From: Nanobdellota archaeon
GTDB lineage: Archaea; Nanobdellota; Nanobdellia; SCGC-AAA011-G17; GW2011-AR20
Assembly (NCBI GenBank): GCA_018819375.1
Contig: JAHJQH010000071.1
Coordinates: forward strand, 1 to 24,408
DNA: 24,408 bases
Reading direction: 5' to 3'
Below the pieces are notes generated by a model. The model did not search any database, was not told the DNA's origin, and saw nothing but the letters and a program-made list of their open reading frames with translations. The number at the start of each line of letters is the position of its first letter. Position 1 is the first letter of the stretch. The translations under genes and the position numbers were made by a program. Positions 17,107 to 24,408 of this stretch are shown piece after piece.

Positions 17107-18840
17107 CTAAAACTCATCACAACTAAGGGAATTTTTTTTCTTCTTAATGTCCTCAGCAACTTTCTTGATAAACGCATCAACACCAACACCAAATTTTACT
17201 TTTCCATAATAATCACGAACAGCTAATTTTCCTTCTTTCTGCTCCTTGTCACCAACAGTAACCATCAAGGGAATTTTCTCAATCTGCGCATCCCTGACCT
17301 TTCTCGGTATGCTCTCACGTCTGTCATCAATCTCAACCCTCAACTCTTTTTCCCTCATTTTCCCCATCACTTCATTGGCAAATTTAAGATTACTGTCAGA
17401 AACAGTTATTATCCTCGCGTGAACAGGACTCAGCCACAAAGGCAGTTTTCCAGCATAATGTTCTAATAAAATCCCAATGAACCTCTCCAAGCTTCCATAC
17501 ACTACCCTATGCAAAATATAAGGAATATGTTTTTTGCCGTCCTTGCCTTCATAATGAATGTTAAACCTCTTTGGTAAGTTAAAATCAAGTTGCACAGTAG
17601 CGCATTGCCATTTCCTGCCAAGACAGTCCTTTATTTGTACATCTAAACTAGGTCCATAAAATTTTGCTTCACCTTCCAAGGTTTCGCTTTTTAGGTTTAA
17701 CTTTTTGAGTGCTTTAAGAATTGAGTCCTGCGCCCAGTCCCATTCATTGTCAGAACCCAGGTATTTGTCTTTCTTTTTCTTGCCCCTGACAGAAAGCGTG
17801 AATTTATAATCCTTGAATCCAAAAACAGAAAGCATTTCCTGTGTTAACTTAACAACACCAATAATTTCGTCCCCTAATTGCTCCGGAGTACAAAATATGT
17901 GTGCATCATCTTGTGTGAACATCCTGACCCTGAACAACCCGCTTAAAACACCAGAAATCTCGTGCCTGTGAACAAGACCAAGTTCTCCAACTCTCAAAGG
18001 CAGCTCTTTGTAAGAATGAATCTTTTGTTTATACACCAGCATCCCCCCAGGACAATTCATGGGCTTGATTGCACATTCTTTATCATCAATTTTTGTGACA
18101 TACATATTCTCCTTATACAACTTCCAGTGACCTGACTTATCCCATAATTCCCTGTTAAGAATAATTGGGGTTTTTATCTCTTGATAACCACATTCATAAT
18201 GCTTCTCTCTCCAGAATTCAATCAATTGGTTAAATATGAAAAGCCCTTTATGATGCCAGAATGGAAAACCCGGCCCATATTCAGAAAAACTAAATAAGTC
18301 CATCTCTTTTCCTATTTTCCTGTGATCCCTTAACTTAGCCTCTTCCAAGGATTTCAAGTAATCATCAAGTTCTTTCTTAGTTTCAAAAGCAGCCCCATAA
18401 ATTCTTGTGAGCATCTTGTTCTTGGAATCACCCCTCCAGTAAGCTCCAGCGAGTTTCAATAATTTAAATGCCTTAATCTCTCCAGTAGTCTTAACATGAG
18501 GTCCAGAACATAAATCAATAAAATCACCTGTTTTATAAAAAATAGGCTTCTTTAGTTCTTTTAACAAATCCAGTTTATAAGGCTCATCTTTCAAGCTCTT
18601 TTTTGCTTCTGCAATTGTTTTTTCAATCCTCTCAAACTTCAGATTTTTCTTAATAATCTCCTTCATTTTTTTCTCAATCTTGTCTAAATCTCCTTCAGAA
18701 ATCTTAAGATTATCAAAGTCATAATAAAAACCATCTTCAATAGCAGGACCAATACCCAACTTAACATCAGGATACAAGTTCTTCACAGCAATAGCTAACA
18801 CGTGTGATGCAGAATGTCTTAACACCTCTAAATTAACCAT
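17107..18840 (-). CDS. thrS: Threonine--tRNA ligase, bacterial type, lacking the N-terminal TGS domain
   Basis: LRHSASH, GPAIEDGFYYDF, DLCSGPH editing domain; RDHRKIG, KPMNCP, HRHE, RVRMFTQDDAHIF, QLDF, HRVVYGSLERF; ATG at 18840. Confidence 0.97.
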   Translation of the reverse strand: MVNLEVLRHSASHVLAIAVKNLYPDVKLGIGPAIEDGFYYDFDNLKISEGDLDKIEKKMKEIIKKNLKFERIEKTIAEAKKSLKDEPYKLDLLKELKKPIFYKTGDFIDLCSGPHVKTTGEIKAFKLLKLAGAYWRGDSKNKMLTRIYGAAFETKKELDDYLKSLEEAKLRDHRKIGKEMDLFSFSEYGPGFPFWHHKGLFIFNQLIEFWREKHYECGYQEIKTPIILNRELWDKSGHWKLYKENMYVTKIDDKECAIKPMNCPGGMLVYKQKIHSYKELPLRVGELGLVHRHEISGVLSGLFRVRMFTQDDAHIFCTPEQLGDEIIGVVKLTQEMLSVFGFKDYKFTLSVRGKKKKDKYLGSDNEWDWAQDSILKALKKLNLKSETLEGEAKFYGPSLDVQIKDCLGRKWQCATVQLDFNLPKRFNIHYEGKDGKKHIPYILHRVVYGSLERFIGILLEHYAGKLPLWLSPVHARIITVSDSNLKFANEVMGKMREKELRVEIDDRRESIPRKVRDAQIEKIPLMVTVGDKEQKEGKLAVRDYYGKVKFGVGVDAFIKKVAEDIKKKKNSLSCDEF

Positions 18841-18872
18841 ATTAAAACTCAATTACCAGACCTATTTAAAGA

Positions 18873-19742
18873 TTACCCTAACTTATTAAAAAGCCCTTCA
18901 AGTCCATCCAATTCCCTGCATTTATTAATTCTTTCCCTTATTCTTGCACCACCCCGCATCCCTTTTGTAAACAAAATTGCATGATTCCGGATATTGTTAA
19001 AATTCACTCCAAACTTCTTGGCTAATTCCAAATAATCCAAAAATATTTCCTTGCTGTCACAGTTATTCTTACCAGCAAATATTCTTGGATTTTTAAGTGC
19101 AGTCCTGCCAATCATCACATAGTCACACCCTGTTTCTTTCATCATTTTTTCAGCATCCTCAGTATTATTCACGTCACCATTCCCAATCACGACAATATCA
19201 ACATTATCCCCTACTTCCTTAATCACTTTCCAGTCAGATTTTCCAGAATATCCCTGCTTGACAGTCCGTCCATGCACAATAATCGCACTTCCCCCGCACC
19301 TTTCAATAATCTTGGCAATCTCGACAACACCCCTGCATTTTCTCACTTTCACACTAACAGGAATATTCAGGCCATCAACAAGAGCAGAAATAATATTCTT
19401 AATCTCTTTCTTGTTCCTAAGTAAAGCAGCACCGTAACCACCCTGCATTATGTCAACACGAGGGCAGCCCATATTCACATCTATCACATTCACCTTTTTT
19501 TCAAACTTCTTTCCAGCCTCAAGCATAACACCAGCATTCTTGCCAAACAACTGCAGTCCAACAGGTTTTTCTTCATTAACTAACTGCACCTCAACCCCGC
19601 CATTAACAACTGCGTTTGCACTAATCATCTCAGTAAAACACATCCCAGCTCCAAATCTGCGGCACAAAACCCTAAAAGCAACATCACTATATCCGACCAT
19701 AGGTGCAAGAATCAATTTTGATTTCAGTTGAGGGAATTTCAT
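18873..19742 (-). CDS. dus: tRNA-dihydrouridine synthase (DusB-like)
   Basis: LAPMVG, TEMIS, QLFG, DVNMGCP, HGRT, GNGDV, MIGR motifs. Confidence 0.94.
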   Translation of the reverse strand: MKFPQLKSKLILAPMVGYSDVAFRVLCRRFGAGMCFTEMISANAVVNGGVEVQLVNEEKPVGLQLFGKNAGVMLEAGKKFEKKVNVIDVNMGCPRVDIMQGGYGAALLRNKKEIKNIISALVDGLNIPVSVKVRKCRGVVEIAKIIERCGGSAIIVHGRTVKQGYSGKSDWKVIKEVGDNVDIVVIGNGDVNNTEDAEKMMKETGCDYVMIGRTALKNPRIFAGKNNCDSKEIFLDYLELAKKFGVNFNNIRNHAILFTKGMRGGARIRERINKCRELDGLEGLFNKLG

Positions 19743-19894
19743 TTTAAAAATTTCTCCGCCTTCAGTTTATGTTTAGGGTTATTAAAACCAATAATTTCAT
19801 ACCACTCCTTTAATTGTGATACTCCATTCATTTGGATTCTTACTTTCCCTTTACCAATATCATAAACTCCAAATCTAAAACCATAGTTTCTCAA
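19739..19894 (-). pseudogene. C-terminal remnant of a LAGLIDADG-type homing endonuclease domain (frame open to 19999)
   Basis: LRNYGF...VRIQMNG.SQLKEWYEIIGFNNPKHKLK resembles the end of archaeal/intein LAGLIDADG domains; no LAGLIDADG helix upstream; stop overlaps the dus ATG. Confidence 0.6.
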
Positions 19895-19961
19895 TGAAAA
19901 ACATGAATTAATGAAACATTCAAAATTTATAAAAGTAATTAGGTGGTGGGCTGATCTGATA

Positions 19962-20160
19962 TAGCGGGAGAAGGATTTGAACCTCCGACCTTTACCCAAT
20001 CCAAAGAAGATTCCTTAGGACTTCCGGGTTTCGCCGAGGGCAAGAAATGCCTAACCCCATATGAGCCTTCCGCACTAGATAGTTTCCTAATCTAATTCGA
20101 CGGGCACTCCTGGCTGCCCCATCCATATAGACAAAACACAATTTTTGAGTTTCACTCGCT
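19962..20160 (-). tRNA. Initiator tRNA-Met(CAT) with four introns: 20125-20156 (4/5), 20068-20097 (29/30), 20030-20059 (37/38), 19992-20023 (43/44); CCA not encoded
   Basis: Joined exons give AGCGGGA TG GGGC AGCCAGGAGT GCCC G TCGGG CT CAT AA CCCGG AGGTC GGAGG TTCAAAT CCTTC TCCCGCT A (75 nt): complete cloverleaf, A1-U72, three G-C pairs at 29-31/39-41. Confidence 0.9.
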
Positions 20161-20275
20161 ATGATAGGCAACCAACCCACCAGTCAAATTCAACCAAACT
20201 CCTTTTAAAAGACTTTCGCTTGTCAGAAAGTTAAAGGCAGAAAGGTTAATAAACAACGCAAAATAACTAAAAGCT

Positions 20276-20467
20276 ATGGTACAAAAAATAAAAGAAAACA
20301 AACATTCGAAATTTGTGGAGTATATGATTGAAAAAGCATCAAAACAAGATTCAACGCCGCGACCGCACAATCATGGTGGTATAGATCAAAAAGAGATAGA
20401 AAAACTGTCAAGAGAAATAAGAGATAAAGGATCAGCAAGAAAACAAAAAGAAAAAACTGGGTTCTAA
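20276..20467 (+). CDS. Small charged hypothetical protein
   Basis: 63-aa ORF ending 1 nt before the rnhB start. Confidence 0.55.
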   Translation: MVQKIKENKHSKFVEYMIEKASKQDSTPRPHNHGGIDQKEIEKLSREIRDKGSARKQKEKTGF

Positions 20468-20468
20468 A

Positions 20469-21131
20469 ATGCTAATTTGTGGGATAGATGAGGCCAGGAG
20501 AGGTCCGGTAATCGGGCCAATGGTCCTATGTGGGGTTCTGATAGAAGAAAAAGACACACAAAAACTAAAGCAGATGGGAGTAAAAGATTCCAAGCTCCTA
20601 ACACCAAAAAAAAGGGAGTTTCTTGAACCAAGAATAAAAAAAGTAGTTCATTCTTATAAGGCAATTATTATACCCCCACAAGAGATAGACGAAGCACTCG
20701 AATCCCCGGAATTAAACTTAAACAAGTTAGAAGCAATAAAAACTGCAATGATTCTGAACTGCCTAAAACCAGGCAAGGCAATCATAGATTGCCCAAGCAC
20801 AAACATAAAAGCATACTTAAACTATCTAAGAATTTATCTAAAAGACAAAAAATTAAATTTAAAAGCAGAGCACAATGCAGAAAGATATCCTGTAGTCGCA
20901 GCAGCCTCAATAATAGCAAAAACAACTGCAGATAGGGAGTTAAAAAAAATCCAGTCAAGAATAAAAGAAAACATAGGGAGCGGATATCCCTCAGATCCGA
21001 TAACCCAAGAATTTCTAAAAAACAATCACAAAAAATACCTGGAAATATTCAGGAAAACATGGGCAAGTTACAAGAGGGTTACAAGCCCAAAACAATCCAC
21101 CCTACCAGAATTCAAAACCATTCAAAAGTAG
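20469..21131 (+). CDS. rnhB: Ribonuclease HII with atypical motifs
   Basis: GIDEA(R)RGPVIGPMV, GVKDSK, AAASIIAK, IGSGYPSDP. Confidence 0.93.
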   Translation: MLICGIDEARRGPVIGPMVLCGVLIEEKDTQKLKQMGVKDSKLLTPKKREFLEPRIKKVVHSYKAIIIPPQEIDEALESPELNLNKLEAIKTAMILNCLKPGKAIIDCPSTNIKAYLNYLRIYLKDKKLNLKAEHNAERYPVVAAASIIAKTTADRELKKIQSRIKENIGSGYPSDPITQEFLKNNHKKYLEIFRKTWASYKRVTSPKQSTLPEFKTIQK

Positions 21132-21146
21132 TAAAAAAAAGAAAGG

Positions 21147-21154
21147 TTTATATA
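21147..21154 (+). promoter_or_regulatory. BRE/TATA for 21180..21482
   Basis: GAAAGG-TTTATATA lies 25 nt before ATG 21180. Confidence 0.55.
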
Positions 21155-21179
21155 TTTTTGGTGTTCAATAAAGCATAGG

Positions 21180-21482
21180 ATGGAATTAGACAAGGACTCA
21201 TTGGACGCAAGAAAATATCATTCTAGAAGATGTGTGAAAGGGATTCTCACTTTCTTGTCTCTTTTGGGGTATGTGGGGATGGTATCTCTTTTGCCAAAAG
21301 ACAATACTCCTGACAAAGGATTGGAAAAGAAAATAAGACAATCAACCATATTACAGGATACAGAAAATCAGTCAAAAACTTATCATCAGTTCAACAATTA
21401 TCCAAATTATGGGCCTTCAAATCAAACCGAAGCAACAATTCAACAGGAAAAATCATCTCAATCAACACAATATCCTCAATAG
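21180..21482 (+). CDS. Hypothetical single-TM protein with Q/S/T/N-rich tail
   Basis: One hydrophobic helix followed by a low-complexity polar C-terminus. Confidence 0.65.
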   Translation: MELDKDSLDARKYHSRRCVKGILTFLSLLGYVGMVSLLPKDNTPDKGLEKKIRQSTILQDTENQSKTYHQFNNYPNYGPSNQTEATIQQEKSSQSTQYPQ

Positions 21483-21518
21483 TTATCTTTATAAACTCTT
21501 TTCAACAAAAAGAAGTTA

Positions 21519-21881
21519 ATGAAGAAAAAAATCATCCTCGATACGAATTTTCTGTTAAGCTTTGGAAAAGTAAGAATTTTTTCAGAGCTTGAGAGGATAT
21601 GTCATTTCCAGTATGGAGTTTATGTTTTAGATAAAAGTTTTGAAGAATTAAAAAACAAAAAAGGGGAAAAACTGGCAAAAGAGCTCATAAAGAAAAAAAA
21701 CATAAAGATTATAAAAACAAAAAAAGAAGAATATGTTGATGACATCCTGGCAGAAATAAGAGACAAAAAAACAATCATAGCCACAAACGATAAAGATTTA
21801 AAGAGAAGATTACAAACCCCAATAATAACAATAAGGCAAAAAAAGCACCTTATGCTAGAGGAAAGAAAAAATGTTTTATGA
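21519..21881 (+). CDS. PIN-domain protein, Fcf1/Utp24-like
   Basis: IILDTNFL, YVDD, IATNDKDLKRRL; conserved position before rpoE1. Confidence 0.88.
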   Translation: MKKKIILDTNFLLSFGKVRIFSELERICHFQYGVYVLDKSFEELKNKKGEKLAKELIKKKNIKIIKTKKEEYVDDILAEIRDKKTIIATNDKDLKRRLQTPIITIRQKKHLMLEERKNVL

Positions 21882-22452
21882 AACAGAATTAAGGCAGTAT
21901 GTGAGAGTATCGCCTATGATGTTTAATTTTGATACAAAAACAGCCATCTTGAAAGAGCTAAACGAGAGCTTTACAAAAAACCCTTCCAAGGAAGTCGGAA
22001 TAATAATTGCCATCATTGAAATAAAAAAAATAGGGGATGGCATAATTATTCAAGGAGACGGAGCACCTTATTATGACACAACATTCAAGGCGCTTGTGTT
22101 CAAACCAGAGCTCCAGGAAGTAATTCACGGGGTGGTAACAGATATAACAGAATTTGGAGCATTCATGTCAATCGGACCATTAGATGGAATGATTCACATA
22201 GGCCAAACAATGGACGACTTTGTAAGTTATAGCAAGACAGGAGTTCTCACAGGAAAAGAAACAAAAAGAACACTAAAAATAAGAGATAACTGCAAAGCAA
22301 GAGTAGTTGCAGTTAGTTATAAAAACATAGAAAATCCAAAAGTTGGATTAACTATGAGGCAAGCTGGACTTGGAAGAGAAGAATGGATGTCAGAAATAGT
22401 AAAAAAACCAAAAGAAACAAAAAACCAAAAGAAAAAAAGAAAAAATGGGTAG
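21871..22452 (+). CDS. rpoE1: RNA polymerase subunit E' (Rpo7)
   Basis: GDGAPYY, TEFGAF..IGPLDGMIHIGQTMDD, KVGLTMRQ.GLG..EW. Confidence 0.97.
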   Translation: MFYETELRQYVRVSPMMFNFDTKTAILKELNESFTKNPSKEVGIIIAIIEIKKIGDGIIIQGDGAPYYDTTFKALVFKPELQEVIHGVVTDITEFGAFMSIGPLDGMIHIGQTMDDFVSYSKTGVLTGKETKRTLKIRDNCKARVVAVSYKNIENPKVGLTMRQAGLGREEWMSEIVKKPKETKNQKKKRKNG

Positions 22453-22630
22453 AAAAGTATGTAAAAAATGCGGAATCTTTGTAATAGGAAACAAATGTCC
22501 TAATTGTGGTGGTAACAATCTTTCAGACAGTTGGAGTGGAAGAATAAGTATGATTAATCACGAAAAATCAGAAATAGCAAAAAAATTAGAAATAAAAGAA
22601 AATGGGGAGTATGCAATAAAAGTAAGATGA
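22445..22630 (+). CDS. spt4: Transcription elongation factor Spt4 (E'')
   Basis: CKKC...CPNCG, SDSWSG, GEYAIKVR. Confidence 0.95.
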   Translation: MGRKVCKKCGIFVIGNKCPNCGGNNLSDSWSGRISMINHEKSEIAKKLEIKENGEYAIKVR

Positions 22631-22956
22631 AGATACTAGAAAAAACAGAAAATCCATTGCTTTCAAGAACAAAATTAAAGATTGATTTAGACCACAGTAA
22701 TCAGCCAACTCCAAAAAAAGAAGATATAATAAGCGGAATAGCGAAAACATTAAACACCAAACCAGGGTTAATTAAATTAGAGCATATTTACACAAAGTTC
22801 AGTTCTGGGAAATCAAGAATAATCGCTTATGTTTACAAGGATGAAAAAACACTAAAAAGTATTCAAAAGAACAAAAAGAAAGGGAAAAAGACAGAGACAA
22901 AAAAAGAAGGATCTGAGGAACAACAAGAAGTAAAACCAGAATCTAAAAAAGAATAA
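22627..22956 (+). CDS. rps24e: 30S ribosomal protein S24e
   Basis: ENPLLSR, TPKK, YTKF..GKS..IAYVY; operon position. Confidence 0.93.
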   Translation: MKILEKTENPLLSRTKLKIDLDHSNQPTPKKEDIISGIAKTLNTKPGLIKLEHIYTKFSSGKSRIIAYVYKDEKTLKSIQKNKKKGKKTETKKEGSEEQQEVKPESKKE

Positions 22957-22981
22957 AACAACACGCAACAAAAAGTACTAA

Positions 22982-23184
22982 CAAACGCAGACAAAAACCT
23001 ACACAACGCAATCCTACACTTCAAAAAAAGATTGCTTCACTAACGACCAAACAAAAACAACCACCACGCGCAAACAACACAGTCCCCCACAAAAACAACA
23101 ACACAAATACCAACAACCCATCAAACGCAGACAAAAACCCACACAACGCAATCTTACATCACAAAAAAAGATTGCTTCATTAAC
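22982..23184. repeat. 63-bp imperfect direct repeat (22982-23044 and 23122-23184) in an A/C-rich spacer
   Basis: 57 of 63 positions identical by manual alignment; offset 140 bp. Confidence 0.9.
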
Positions 23185-23243
23185 AATTAACAAAAGAAAA
23201 AATTCAGAAAGGATTTGAATCATCACATACCAACAAACTAAAA

Positions 23244-23423
23244 ATGGCAAAAAAGAAACAAGTTAAAAATAAGAAACCAAGTAAGAAATACGCCAAGTAC
23301 GAGATAAAAGACAAGAAGCTCACAAGAAAGAAAACATGCCCGAAATGCGGACCAGGAATATTTTTGGCAGAGCACAAAAACCGATTCTACTGCGGCAGTT
23401 GCCATTATTCTGAAATGAAATAA
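23244..23423 (+). CDS. rps27ae: 30S ribosomal protein S27ae (absent from the ORF track, 59 aa)
   Basis: [59 protein letters not shown]. Confidence 0.95.
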   Translation: MAKKKQVKNKKPSKKYAKYEIKDKKLTRKKTCPKCGPGIFLAEHKNRFYCGSCHYSEMK

Positions 23424-23486
23424 ATCTATTCCCTCTTTTTTAATTAACTTATAATAAAGTTTTAGATTTAGATTGTAATCATAAAA

Positions 23487-23520
23487 CCCAAGGAGTCAGT
23501 CCGAAGACCAACTCATTGGG
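23487..23520 (+). other. 34-nt stem-loop followed by GAGGTGA and a 7-codon micro-ORF (23541-23564)
   Basis: CCCAA-g-GAGT-ca-GTC-cgaa-GAC-ca-ACTC-a-TTGGG. Confidence 0.5.
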
Positions 23521-23659
23521 AAAAAAGAGGTGATTAAAATATGGGAAGTATAACTAATATATAAAGCTTTCGGTATAGTATTACTATGAAGTGAAAACAC
23601 TAAAAACCCAGAAACAATAGAAATAAGCTCATTTCAACCTTCTTTAACAACAATAAACA

Positions 23660-23666
23660 TTTATAT
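23660..23666 (+). promoter_or_regulatory. TATA box for leaderless scpA
   Basis: TTTATAT lies 22 nt before ATG 23689. Confidence 0.5.
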
Positions 23667-23688
23667 GAGAAAAACCTTAACATTGACC

Positions 23689-24408
23689 ATGCAAGATCAG
23701 ATATACAACTTGCTCGTAAGCGAGGACAAGATAACCTGGAAAACCCTGATTTATGAGTTAATAAAAACAGAGCAACTAAACCCGTGGGACATAGACATTA
23801 GCTTGTTATCAAAAAGATATGTGGAAAGCATAAGAACTTTAAAAAATGCAAACTTCTTTGTTTCTGGAAAAATGCTTCTTGCCTCAGCGATACTTCTAAA
23901 AATGAAGTCAAACAAGCTTTTAACAGAAGACATATCAAGATTTGATTCTCAGCTTTACGCAGGTGAAGAAGAATTATTAGATACTTACGAACCTATGGGC
24001 ATTGGAACAAGATTCAATCAGGAGATTGCAGAACCAAGACTGACAATAAGAACTCCTCTTCCAAGAAAAAGAAAAGTAACAATACAGGACCTGATGGACG
24101 CACTTCAAAAAGCACTGGAAGTAAACCAAAGAAGAGTAATAAGGCACAAGGAAAGAACCCAGACAAACATAAAAATGCCAGAAAAAAAGACAGATATCTT
24201 GGAAGTGATAAGCACTGTCTATAACAAGATAAAGGATTTTTTCATAACAAAAAAAGAAAAACTCACATTCACGAAATTAGTTCAGAGCGAAAAAAGAGAA
24301 GACAAGATATACAACATAATCCCTCTCCTTCACTTGGATTACCAGCAAAAAATTAATCTCAAACAAGAACAACACTTCGGTGAGATTGAGATTGAGATAC
24401 TTGGGAAA
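23689..24408 (+). CDS. scpA: Segregation/condensation protein A (kleisin), runs off the window end
   Basis: Translated by hand: LNPWDIDIS, SGKMLLASAILLKMKS, RKRKVTIQDLMDALQKAL, IPLLHLD...LKQEQHFGEIEI. Confidence 0.93.
   Translation, partial: MQDQIYNLLVSEDKITWKTLIYELIKTEQLNPWDIDISLLSKRYVESIRTLKNANFFVSGKMLLASAILLKMKSNKLLTEDISRFDSQLYAGEEELLDTYEPMGIGTRFNQEIAEPRLTIRTPLPRKRKVTIQDLMDALQKALEVNQRRVIRHKERTQTNIKMPEKKTDILEVISTVYNKIKDFFITKKEKLTFTKLVQSEKREDKIYNIIPLLHLDYQQKINLKQEQHFGEIEIEILGK

Noticed and set aside
17106-17192. N-terminal extension of the 16602..17192 ORF
   Set aside because: Overlaps the thrS 3' end; the ATG at 17105 directly follows the thrS stop
4674-23184. Both long repeats have near-identical offsets (141 and 140 bp)
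   Set aside because: Two cases with unrelated sequences cannot be distinguished from coincidence
23487-23520. Hairpin as an archaeal SECIS element
   Set aside because: No GAA/A internal loop and no in-frame TGA in neighbouring genes
188-23933. Numerous 60-160 aa antisense or overlapping track ORFs
   Set aside because: They are shadows of well-supported genes; their hydrophobic bias reflects the A-rich coding strand

Overview
This is an AT-rich archaeal window, most likely from a DPANN-type archaeon (Woese-/Pacearchaeota-like). That taxonomy is inferred from gene content, leaderless TATA promoters and the reduced informational operon. Core genes: DRG/Obg GTPase, proteasome beta + aCPSF1/FttA, bacterial-type ThrRS, Dus, RNase HII, PIN-rpoE1-spt4-rps24e-rps27ae, and scpA. 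Accessory content: an AbiE-like pair, a PIN nuclease, a GH130 glycosidase, two large surface proteins and several orphans. The strongest hidden signal is an initiator tRNA-Met(CAT) on the minus strand (19962-20160) that only assembles after removing four 30-32 nt introns, at positions 4/5, 29/30, 37/38 and 43/44. The 4/5 intron lies inside the acceptor stem and its bulge-helix-bulge is built with the 5' leader. A LAGLIDADG-like remnant lies just downstream of this tRNA. Second, the 3' end of the GTPase gene occurs three times (intact, a 44-bp exact copy, and a decayed TGS pseudogene fragment). These copies bracket a hairpin-rich 97-bp element and the glycosidase gene, which looks like an integration hotspot. 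All family calls come from motif recognition by eye; no database searches were run.
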